DNA of 64,000 nucleotides from Desulfatiglandales bacterium (GTDB taxonomy: Bacteria > Desulfobacterota > DSM-4660 > Desulfatiglandales > Desulfatiglandaceae). The DNA lies in contig OY762721.1 in the NCBI GenBank assembly GCA_963666345.1, positions 3,840,001 through 3,904,000 on the forward strand, written 5' to 3'. Both the position numbers and the translations under genes were made by a program. Shown here in pieces: positions 42,886 to 52,054 of this stretch. The notes below the pieces were generated by a model, which was not told where the DNA came from, searched no databases, and saw only the letters and a list, made by a program, of their open reading frames with translations. Positions within the stretch are counted from its first letter, which is position 1; the number at the start of each line of letters is the position of its first letter.

Positions 42886-44733
42886 ATGGAAAAGTTGGAT
42901 TCAAAGACCGACGGCGCATCGGCAGATATCGTTGGTCAGAATATTGACAAACTCAAACAATTTTTCCCTGATGTTTTCACCGAGGGAAACATCGACTTCG
43001 ATGTTCTGCGAGAGATGCTGGGCGACTATATAGACGACCGCCAGGAACGTTACAGCTTCAACTGGAACGGCAAGAGCCGCGCCCGTCGAATCGCCCAGAC
43101 GCCCTCGACTGGGACTTTGCGTCCATGCCCGGAAGAATCGATTAACTGGGGCACCACGCAAAACCTATTCATTGAAGGAGATAACCTGGAAGCCCTTAAA
43201 CTGCTTCAGAAGTCCTACCACAAGCGGGTCAAGATGGTCTACATCGACCCGCCGTATAATACGGGGAATCAGTTCATTTATCCTGACAAGTTCCAGGACA
43301 ATTTGCGGACCTATCTTCGTTACACAGGGCAAGTTGATGAGGAAGGCCTGAAGCTCTCGGCCAACTCGGAGGCTTCGGGCCGCTATCACACCAACTGGCT
43401 CAACATGATGCTGCCTCGTCTCAAACTTGCTCGGAATCTTCTCAGAGAGGATGGCGCTATTTTCCTATCTATCGATGATCATGAAGTAGCTAAGCTACGC
43501 CTTTTGTGCGACGAGGTGTTTGGGGAGGAAAATTTCGTTGTTTGTATCGTGTGGGAAAAAATACAGACTCGGAAAAATTCTGCGCGGTATTTCTCTGAAT
43601 CTCATGATTATATCCTTTGCTATGCCAGGAGCAAAGAAGCATGGAAGCGCAACCTTATTCCAAGAGGCGAGGACACCAACTATTCAAATCCTGACAACGA
43701 TGCAAATGGCCCGTGGAAACTGGACCGCATCTACGCAAACAACCCATACAGCGCCGATTACACTATTACCAGACCTGACGGAAAGAAGCTTAAGAGACCG
43801 GAAGGTAAATTCTGGCGTTATAGTAAAGAAAGCATAAAGAGATTCATTGAGGAGGGGAGGCTTGTCTGGAGCAAAAAGGGCACGTATCCACATGTAAAAA
43901 GATATCTCTCGGAGGTTCAAGATGGCCTTGTGCCGACCTCCCTTTTTGATCGTAAATTTGCGGGTGACAATGGCGCTGCAAGCCGCGAGCTGTCAGATCT
44001 ATTGGGTAGCGACAAAATTATGTCCTACCCGAAGCCATCTCAGTTGATGCTCAGACTGCAGCAGACCGCAACAACCAACCAAACTCAAGATATCGTTCTT
44101 GATTTTTTTTCTGGATCGTGCAGCACCGCACACTCGGTACTTCGGCTCAATAGGGAGGATAGTGGCAATCGCCGTTTCATTATGGTGCAGTTACCCGAAC
44201 CATGCGAGAAGAACTCGGACGCCTATGAAAGCGGGTACAAGAACATCTCTGAGATCGGGAAGGCGCGTATCCGGCGTGTTATTGAGAAAATGGACGTTGA
44301 CGCCTCAGATCTCGACCTCGGCTTCAAGGTCTTCAAACTCGACTCCAGTAACATTAAGCCTTGGGACGCGGACTTTGACAACCTCGAAAATTCTCTGTTC
44401 AATGCCGTGGAGAACATCAAGCCAGACCGTAGTGAAACAGATATCCTTTACGAACTATTGCTCAAATATGGGTTGGACTTAGCGGTACCCATCAAGGAGA
44501 GTGAAATTGCTAAAAACACAGTTTACGTAATCGGGGCTGGGGCTCTCGTCGTCTGCCTATCCAAACAGATCAGTCTTGAGGTCGTCGAAGGCATCGCTGC
44601 TTTGAAGGATGAACTAAAGCCGGAGGTGATGCGGGTAGTCTTCAAGGACTCCGGATTTGTCGATGATGTAGTCAAGACGAACGCCGTCCAGATTCTGCGA
44701 CAGGCCGGCATTGATGATATTAAGAGCCTGTGA
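42886..44733 (+). CDS. mod: Type III R-M DNA adenine methyltransferase
   Basis: IEGDNLEALK, YIDPPYNTG, WLNMM.PRL, YPKP, DFFSGS, IMVQLPE. Confidence 0.93.
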   Translation: MEKLDSKTDGASADIVGQNIDKLKQFFPDVFTEGNIDFDVLREMLGDYIDDRQERYSFNWNGKSRARRIAQTPSTGTLRPCPEESINWGTTQNLFIEGDNLEALKLLQKSYHKRVKMVYIDPPYNTGNQFIYPDKFQDNLRTYLRYTGQVDEEGLKLSANSEASGRYHTNWLNMMLPRLKLARNLLREDGAIFLSIDDHEVAKLRLLCDEVFGEENFVVCIVWEKIQTRKNSARYFSESHDYILCYARSKEAWKRNLIPRGEDTNYSNPDNDANGPWKLDRIYANNPYSADYTITRPDGKKLKRPEGKFWRYSKESIKRFIEEGRLVWSKKGTYPHVKRYLSEVQDGLVPTSLFDRKFAGDNGAASRELSDLLGSDKIMSYPKPSQLMLRLQQTATTNQTQDIVLDFFSGSCSTAHSVLRLNREDSGNRRFIMVQLPEPCEKNSDAYESGYKNISEIGKARIRRVIEKMDVDASDLDLGFKVFKLDSSNIKPWDADFDNLENSLFNAVENIKPDRSETDILYELLLKYGLDLAVPIKESEIAKNTVYVIGAGALVVCLSKQISLEVVEGIAALKDELKPEVMRVVFKDSGFVDDVVKTNAVQILRQAGIDDIKSL

Positions 44734-44740
44734 GGTGTAT

Positions 44741-47700
44741 ATGATGAAATTTCAATTTGATCCGAACCTGGATTTCCAACACGAAGCGATCAATGCTGTG
44801 GTGGATCTTTTCGATGGGCAGGAAGTCTGTCAGACAAACTTTACAGTTGCACTTTTAAAGCATGATCCTCAAACTGTTTTGCCTGGGATGGAAAACGATT
44901 TAGGTATTGGCAACCGACTGCGTCTTTTAGATGAAGATATCCTCAAAAACATTAAAGAGGTCCAACTCCGTAACGGCCTCGCCCATTCCGAGTCGTTGGA
45001 CTCCATGGATTTCACGGTGGAAATGGAGACCGGAACCGGCAAGACGTATGTCTACCTGCGTACAATTTTCGAGATAAATCGGTTATACGGCTTCACGAAA
45101 TTCATCATTGTAGTGCCTTCGGTGGCAGTCAAGGAAGGCGTATACAAATCGCTCCAGATGACAGAGACGCACTTTAAGGGACTCTATGAAAACGTCCAAT
45201 TTGATTATTTCGTTTATGATTCCCAGAAACTCGGCCAGGTGCGAAACTTTGCTACCAGCGATTATATCCAGATCATGGTTATCAATATCGATGCTTTTCG
45301 CAAAAGCTTTACCGATCCTGAGAAAAAAGACAAGGCCAACATTATCCACCGGCCCCATGACAGGATGACGGGGAACCGTCCTATCGAATTCATCCAGGCG
45401 ACGAATCCTATTGTTATTATCGATGAACCTCAGAGCGTAGATACGACCAGCAAAAGCAAGGAGGCAATCGCATCTTTAAATCCGCTCTGCACCCTTCGTT
45501 ATTCTGCCACTCATGTGGACAAATATCATATGATGTACAAGCTCGACTCAGTGGACGCTTATCAGAGAAAGCTTGTGAAACAGATCGAGGTGTCTGGCAT
45601 TGAAGTAAAGGATAGCCACAATAAGGCATTCATCCGGTTACTTAAGGTTGATAATAGGAAGAGTCCGATTATCGCTCAGATTGAAATTGACGCGATGCAG
45701 CGCAACGGTGACGTCAAGCGAGTGAAAAAGACAATCCGCAGCGGGGATGACCTGCTGGAGCTTTCCGGAGGCCGGAGCGTTTACGATGGTTATATCATAG
45801 AAGACATCTATTGCGAAAAAGGAAATGAGTACATTAGCTTCACCAGCAAGCCTGAAATTATTAAGCTGGATCAAGCCATTGGAGAAGTAAACGAAGATGA
45901 ATACAAACGGCTGCAAATCCGGAAAACCATTGAAAAACACCTTGAAAAGGAGATGGAGCTTCGGCCTAAGGGACTGAAGGTGTTAAGCCTATTTTTTATA
46001 GATCGAGTTGCAAATTACCGCTGGTATGATGATGAAGGTAATCCACAACTTGGAAAATATGCAAAAATATTTGAAGAGGAATATAAACGGGAGGTTCGCA
46101 AGCCAAAATACAACATTTTGTTCGAGGGTGCTGATCTTGAAACCGCCGCTGAAGGGGTTCATGACGGCTACTTTGCGGTGGATAAGAAGAAGACGACTTC
46201 GGGGAAATCAATTGAAATATTTAAGGACTCACGTGGAGAAGGAAAAACGGTCGCCGATGAGAGTGCTTACCAGCTCATCATGCGGGACAAAGAAAAACTT
46301 TTAAGCTTTGACACAAAGCTGAAATTCATCTTTTCCCATTCTGCATTAAAAGAAGGATGGGATAATCCTAATGTTTTTCAGATTTGCACGCTCAACGAGA
46401 CCACATCGGTCATGAAAAAACGGCAGGAAATTGGACGTGGACTGCGAATAGCAGTGAACCAGGACGGTGAGCGAGTCCATGGTTTTGATGTGAACAGACT
46501 TACCGTGATGGCTAATGAATCTTATGAAGATTTTGCAAAACAGCTGCAAAAAGAGATCGAAAAAGAAACAGGTATAAAGTTCGGTGTGGTCGAGCAGCAT
46601 CTTTTCGCAAACATCGCGGTACAGACAGAAGACCACCAGCCCAAGTATCTTGGGATCGATGCGTCTCAGTTAATATGGAATCATTTAAAATCTAAAGGGT
46701 ATATAGATGCGAAAGGTAAAGTCCAGGATTCATTACGAGCCGACTTGAAGGAAGGCAATGTGGACCTGCCTGATGAGATGGCGGACTATTCCGGTCAGAT
46801 TTTGGCCGTTCTTCGGAAGGTTGCCGGGAAACTTAACATCAAGAATGCTGATGAACGCAAAAAGGTTGAACTGAACAAGGCCGTATTCCTCAGTGAGGAG
46901 TTCAAACAATTATGGGACAGGATAAAATACCGGACCACTTTCAGAGTTAATTTTGACTCCAAAAAACTGATCGAAAAATGTGCAGATGACATTTGCAAGT
47001 CACTAATGGTGGGGCGGGCAAGATTCATCACCAGGACGGCGACTCTTGATGTGGATAGGGGGGGCGTTAGTGCCGATGAAGTCCATAAAAGCACATCGAT
47101 TTACGATGCACACGACTATGACCTCCCCGATATTGTAAGCTATTTGCAGAACGAAACTAACCTCACTCGCCGATCGATCGTTGATATTATTATTGGCAGC
47201 GGACGCCTGCAGGATTTTAAGCATAACCCGCAGAAATTCATCGAGCAAGTTGCAGCTATCATAAAACACCAGATACGGATCTTTATTGTAGATGGAATCA
47301 AGTATCAAAAAATAGGGGATCAGCATTATTATGCCCAAGAGCTATATGAGGAAAACGAACTCTACGGCTATCTCAGTAAAAATATGCTTGAAAGCAAAAA
47401 GTCAGTTTTTAACCATGTTGTATATGATTCTGATGTGGAGGCCGATTTCGCGAGATCATTCGAGTTAAGCGATGATATTAAGGTCTACGCTAAACTGCCA
47501 GGATGGTTCAAAATCGATACACCACTCGGGAGTTACAATCCCGATTGGGCAGTTCTTGTCGAATTAGATGGTCAGCCACGGCTATATTTTGTGGTGGAGT
47601 CTAAGGGTAGTCTCTTTAGTGAAGCTCTTAGGGTGTCTGAAAACGCCAAAATCAAATGCGGACGTGAGCACTTCAAAGCATTGGAGAGCGATGTAGGGTT

Positions 47701-47755
47701 CATGATTGCAAATAATTTCACAACATTCTCGGAAAAGGTCACTGCGACCGAATAG
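44741..47755 (+). CDS. res: Type III R-M restriction endonuclease/helicase subunit
   Basis: VEMETGTGKT, IIDEPQ, YSAT, LKEGWD, QEIGRGLR and C-terminal YNPDW...VESKG nuclease motif. Confidence 0.93.
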   Translation: MMKFQFDPNLDFQHEAINAVVDLFDGQEVCQTNFTVALLKHDPQTVLPGMENDLGIGNRLRLLDEDILKNIKEVQLRNGLAHSESLDSMDFTVEMETGTGKTYVYLRTIFEINRLYGFTKFIIVVPSVAVKEGVYKSLQMTETHFKGLYENVQFDYFVYDSQKLGQVRNFATSDYIQIMVINIDAFRKSFTDPEKKDKANIIHRPHDRMTGNRPIEFIQATNPIVIIDEPQSVDTTSKSKEAIASLNPLCTLRYSATHVDKYHMMYKLDSVDAYQRKLVKQIEVSGIEVKDSHNKAFIRLLKVDNRKSPIIAQIEIDAMQRNGDVKRVKKTIRSGDDLLELSGGRSVYDGYIIEDIYCEKGNEYISFTSKPEIIKLDQAIGEVNEDEYKRLQIRKTIEKHLEKEMELRPKGLKVLSLFFIDRVANYRWYDDEGNPQLGKYAKIFEEEYKREVRKPKYNILFEGADLETAAEGVHDGYFAVDKKKTTSGKSIEIFKDSRGEGKTVADESAYQLIMRDKEKLLSFDTKLKFIFSHSALKEGWDNPNVFQICTLNETTSVMKKRQEIGRGLRIAVNQDGERVHGFDVNRLTVMANESYEDFAKQLQKEIEKETGIKFGVVEQHLFANIAVQTEDHQPKYLGIDASQLIWNHLKSKGYIDAKGKVQDSLRADLKEGNVDLPDEMADYSGQILAVLRKVAGKLNIKNADERKKVELNKAVFLSEEFKQLWDRIKYRTTFRVNFDSKKLIEKCADDICKSLMVGRARFITRTATLDVDRGGVSADEVHKSTSIYDAHDYDLPDIVSYLQNETNLTRRSIVDIIIGSGRLQDFKHNPQKFIEQVAAIIKHQIRIFIVDGIKYQKIGDQHYYAQELYEENELYGYLSKNMLESKKSVFNHVVYDSDVEADFARSFELSDDIKVYAKLPGWFKIDTPLGSYNPDWAVLVELDGQPRLYFVVESKGSLFSEALRVSENAKIKCGREHFKALESDVGFMIANNFTTFSEKVTATE

Positions 47756-47895
47756 ACAGATATAAAAAAGGAGAACCCAAAACCAGATAAACAAGATCTT
47801 TTAGACTCAAGTTGTTTGAAGGTAACGGAGGTTTTCTCGATTATAATACATTCCTTCCGCTCATAGTTAAAAATGCATCACCGAAGGAGGATGCC

Positions 47896-50055
47896 ATGCG
47901 GATGACAAAACTTACCATCTCAAACTACCGAGCTCTCAGAGATGTTTCGATTCCTTTGTCTCATTTCGGATGTTTGATCGGTGAGAACAATTCTGGAAAA
48001 TCATCCTTTCTCCAAGCATTATCCCTTTTTTTCTCCGGATCGAAGCTCTCTTCTAAAGATTATTTTGATGAATCACGCCCGATAAGCATTGAGATTGTTT
48101 TCGAAAATATTGAGGATGCTGACTTGGCACGTCTTGCCGAAGAGCACCGTACAAGGGTCAGTGGTATCCTAAATGATGGTCGTCTTGTACTCGTGCGATC
48201 CTATGGAACGGACGGAAAGAGCTCCCTGTTCTACGATATGCTCATGCCAACTGATGAGCGATTTTCCTCTGAGAGTTTAGGAAAGTTACTAAAAGGGCAA
48301 CGCCCTGGACCTGCATTTGTTGAAAAAGTTTCGAATACATTTCCAGAAATAAAGGACCTCATCGACACAAGCATGAATCAAGAGGCAATGAGGCAAAAAA
48401 TCCAGGATTTAGCTGACTCTTTGCCTGATGATCAGAAAGTAGCCACAGACATTCCCCTGCCAACTGGGATTGATAAAAGCATCATTCCAATGCTTCCAGA
48501 CCCTATATACATTCCGGCGGTCAAGGATCTGGCTGATGACATTAAAACAACGGAAAGCACCCCGTTCGGTAAAATACTGGCAATTCTGTTACGTGCTGTG
48601 GAGACTAAACTTCCAAATGCGCAAAAGTTGTTTGAAGAATTGAATTCAAAGCTCAACCGGGTTCAGAAGGCAGACGGAACAGTTGTTGACGGTCGCTTAG
48701 ACGAGGTCAAGCTTATCGAGTCGACAGTGGAGAAGTACGTCCGTGATAGTTTCGCCGATGTCGCGCTTCGTATAACAATACCCCCACCGGAATTAAAAAC
48801 TGTGTTCTCATCGGCCCGAATTTACGCGAATGATGGGGTTGATGGCTTGATTGAAACAAAAGGCGACGGCCTGCGGCGTGCTATTGTCTTTTCTATACTT
48901 CGTTCCTATGTCGAGCTGAATACAAAACTTGCGCCTACTGAAAGCGTTGAAGAAAAAGAACAGAAAAATATTGCACCAGCTTCATATTTGCTTCTTTTTG
49001 AAGAGCCTGAGCTATTCTTACATCCTAAAGGTCAACACATTTTGTTTGATGCATTGAGAGTGTTTGCCAAGGATCACCATGTGGTAGTAACCACACATTC
49101 CCCCATGTTTTTCGGTCCGAATGCCACAGAGACTTTTGTTAAGCTATACAAAAAAACGGATTTGAATGTTTCTGAAAAGCCGTTTACTCAAGTCCAGCCA
49201 GTAGACCTATCAGACATGAGATCCAAGGATCAGTTCCAGATTATATGCTTCGAGAACAATAATGCAGCATTTTTCGCTGATACGGTCATACTTGTCGAGG
49301 GTGACAGCGATTATCTGTTATTACCACATATCGCAAGAACCTTAAATCCAACCTGGGACATCGCGAAAATCCCTGTTCATTTTGCGCGAATTACCGGTAA
49401 GGGAAACATTCGACGCTATAGAGAATTCTTCAGACAATTTGATGTTAGGGTGCCTGTTATTGCAGACCTCGATCTACTGCTTAGCGGATTTCACCATGTC
49501 TCGCCGTCTAAAGAAATAAAATCCGCATGCAACAATCTTCTGGTGAAATTGGATGAGTTGATTGAACCTGATGCTGAAAATGAGGAGCCGACGGCTACGG
49601 AAGCACGTAAAGCGCATGATTCCGGAGAGTTAAGAGGGTTATGGAAAACTGTCCAAGAACGGCAAGCTCAATTTATAAAAGGTGAATGTGCACAAGACGA
49701 CCTCAACCAAGCTGTAGATAATTTCTTTGCCTGGCAGCGCAAGTCGGACCGTCTCGCCATATTGATGAATAGTGACGACTCGCAAATGCTGCGAATGAAA
49801 TGGCAGCTCCTTGAAATGTTAAGAAAGGAAGATGTGTATGTTTTGGAGCGTGGTGCGATTGAGAATTATTATCCAGATTATATTGCGGGACCCGATAAGC
49901 CATCCAAAGCAGAGGACTTCTGTGTGAAATGTAAGACCCGCGATGCAGTGCTCGACTGTTGCATTGAGCAGGAATTTGAGCGTGATGGTGAATTTATGAA
50001 AGAATCGGAATTTAATTTGATTTTTAGTTCCATCTTCCACGAAACGGAAAAGTAG
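47896..50055 (+). CDS. OLD-family ATP-dependent endonuclease (ABC-type ATPase + TOPRIM)
   Basis: GENNSGKS, KGDGLRR, LLFEEPELFLHP, TTHSP; TOPRIM LVEGDSD...IADLD; GGAGG RBS. Confidence 0.9.
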   Translation: MRMTKLTISNYRALRDVSIPLSHFGCLIGENNSGKSSFLQALSLFFSGSKLSSKDYFDESRPISIEIVFENIEDADLARLAEEHRTRVSGILNDGRLVLVRSYGTDGKSSLFYDMLMPTDERFSSESLGKLLKGQRPGPAFVEKVSNTFPEIKDLIDTSMNQEAMRQKIQDLADSLPDDQKVATDIPLPTGIDKSIIPMLPDPIYIPAVKDLADDIKTTESTPFGKILAILLRAVETKLPNAQKLFEELNSKLNRVQKADGTVVDGRLDEVKLIESTVEKYVRDSFADVALRITIPPPELKTVFSSARIYANDGVDGLIETKGDGLRRAIVFSILRSYVELNTKLAPTESVEEKEQKNIAPASYLLLFEEPELFLHPKGQHILFDALRVFAKDHHVVVTTHSPMFFGPNATETFVKLYKKTDLNVSEKPFTQVQPVDLSDMRSKDQFQIICFENNNAAFFADTVILVEGDSDYLLLPHIARTLNPTWDIAKIPVHFARITGKGNIRRYREFFRQFDVRVPVIADLDLLLSGFHHVSPSKEIKSACNNLLVKLDELIEPDAENEEPTATEARKAHDSGELRGLWKTVQERQAQFIKGECAQDDLNQAVDNFFAWQRKSDRLAILMNSDDSQMLRMKWQLLEMLRKEDVYVLERGAIENYYPDYIAGPDKPSKAEDFCVKCKTRDAVLDCCIEQEFERDGEFMKESEFNLIFSSIFHETEK

Positions 50056-50148
50056 TAGCAAAATGGTGTTAAAAAACAACGTGCCCAAATAGAAGACAGG
50101 GCAACTGAAACCCACGAATTTTTTCCGACCCTTTCAAATGCAGAAAGG

Positions 50149-51831
50149 ATGCGAAACATGACAAAGGAACCATCCCGTAATCAACAGCCTCAAAACACAA
50201 GTAATGTATTATCTACTCAACCGCCTTTTATCTGGCCGGAAGCGAGATGGCATACCAAAGACATTATTTACGAATACCACCCCCCATTCGATTCTTCCCT
50301 TATGGATGCTGATTTAATCAATGGTGTTATCGTGGGGGCTTGGAATGGGACCGTTGAATGGGTCAATACCTTAATGAAAAAAGACGGGGCCTGCGTGGTT
50401 GTTTTGGTTTTGGTTGTCTATCCTGCTTGCCCTACGCGAGAGGAGCATCTCCGGAGGTTATTGCAATTTCAAAATCAGCTAATTGGGGATGACAAAAAGC
50501 TCGAATTGCGTCTTCTGCTGTTTGACCGGTCCCATGGGAAGGATTTTGAGAGGATGGTGCTTCCACCCACCGTTCTTCAGGCGCATGATTCGAAATCAGG
50601 CAAGACCATGTTTTGCGTAGGTTCTGTTGGTGACTCCGGGCGAGATAAGGCAGAACTCGGCAGCTTCAATATGGCTTTTCAGCCGGACGACGGCTTACGT
50701 AACGAGTGGAGGAAATGGTTCCAATTTATTTTTTCTAGCTCCGCGCCACTTATGTCTGAGACCGCTCAAATACCACATCTCATACCCGAGGAGGGAGACC
50801 CTGCTGCAGCCAAGATATGGACTGCATTCAGTAACATATGCTTAGGATCATACGGAAATGAAGTTGCTCTGGCAAAGATAAATCCTGAAACAGGTGAGGT
50901 TTCGAAAGAACCGGATGGAACAGCCGTTGAACCATGGGACGATAACAAAACCAAGCTTGATCCCCTGGCGCAGTTGCTTCAACAGGTTTACTCGAACGGG
51001 TACTTGGTCACTATAGATGAAAGAACTAGAATCAAGCCCTTGGCCACCCCCGTGAAAGCTGCGTTGCTTGGCCAGAGGTCGGAACGAACAGTCGGGGCCC
51101 TTACTCAAAAGCAATCCTTCAAGCTGCAGGTTTTGGATGAATTACTAGACAAACAAATTGAAAAATGTCGTTTGGTTAACGATATTATGGAGTTGCTTAG
51201 CTACCTGCTGAGCATGGGGAATAGGTGGCTCCCTGAGGCTGCAAAAAGCCTTTTGGAGAAAGAACTGAAAGCGCGTAATGAAAGAGGCTGCGCCATCCTT
51301 AAGGAGGGGCTTGGTGGAAATGACGTTCGTGAGTTCATAAAAAAACGCCGGGATAAAATCCGGGATGATCTGGATGCGATGTATCGACAGCTTGGCCAAG
51401 GAAAATTTGTCCCAAACGACAGGGTTAAGAGCGTACTTGATGAAATCGAAGATCGTCTCACTGTAGCCCTGAATTCTCGCATCACCCCCTGTGCCATATG
51501 CAACAAGATCGCTCCACCCGATCTAACTTCCAGCGTTCCATCCGAGAACTGGAGCCAGCCGTTCTCTCTTCTGCTTCGATCGGCCCGCCTTATGCGAGAG
51601 TCCTTGATCGACAGCTATTTCCCCCGTAGGTTCAAGGGCCTTTCATTTAATGAAAATAATTTCCGAGATGCTATGAACATCTTTGACGATGCAATCGTCA
51701 AGGCGCCTTACTTGCATAGGGCTCGCGCTGAGCTGTTGGACCTCGAAAAGATTGAAAAGAGTTCCGAAGGACCAAAAGAAAAATGTACCGCCGTCTGGCG
51801 TATCATAACTGGAAAATTGCAGCCTGATTAG
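50149..51831 (+). CDS. Uncharacterised 560-aa protein, possible degenerate PLD-like N-terminal domain
   Basis: Intact long ORF co-oriented 93 bp after the OLD gene; GSVG...FN...EWRKWFQFIF pattern. The fold call is inference. Confidence 0.7.
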   Translation: MRNMTKEPSRNQQPQNTSNVLSTQPPFIWPEARWHTKDIIYEYHPPFDSSLMDADLINGVIVGAWNGTVEWVNTLMKKDGACVVVLVLVVYPACPTREEHLRRLLQFQNQLIGDDKKLELRLLLFDRSHGKDFERMVLPPTVLQAHDSKSGKTMFCVGSVGDSGRDKAELGSFNMAFQPDDGLRNEWRKWFQFIFSSSAPLMSETAQIPHLIPEEGDPAAAKIWTAFSNICLGSYGNEVALAKINPETGEVSKEPDGTAVEPWDDNKTKLDPLAQLLQQVYSNGYLVTIDERTRIKPLATPVKAALLGQRSERTVGALTQKQSFKLQVLDELLDKQIEKCRLVNDIMELLSYLLSMGNRWLPEAAKSLLEKELKARNERGCAILKEGLGGNDVREFIKKRRDKIRDDLDAMYRQLGQGKFVPNDRVKSVLDEIEDRLTVALNSRITPCAICNKIAPPDLTSSVPSENWSQPFSLLLRSARLMRESLIDSYFPRRFKGLSFNENNFRDAMNIFDDAIVKAPYLHRARAELLDLEKIEKSSEGPKEKCTAVWRIITGKLQPD

Positions 51832-52054
51832 GCGCACGTCCATAAATAATTGGAACTGACCTAAAAGCAGATGGCATTCAATAAAGAAATTTAAAATGAA
51901 TTAACAACTATAAATTATTAGCGCACCCTATGGCTTATCACGGGACGCTGGTAAAAATGTAAAAATGGGCGCTCCTTCTTTTATGCATCTCTATCAATAT
52001 TGATTGTTTTTAATTTATACCGTATTTTAATGAACCTTTGCTAAGGGAAATTTT

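Noticed and set aside
42886..44733. Phase-variable mod gene
   Set aside because: No simple-sequence repeat tract visible in or before mod.
47896..50055. Gabija or retron system
   Set aside because: No GajB/UvrD helicase or reverse transcriptase next to the OLD gene.
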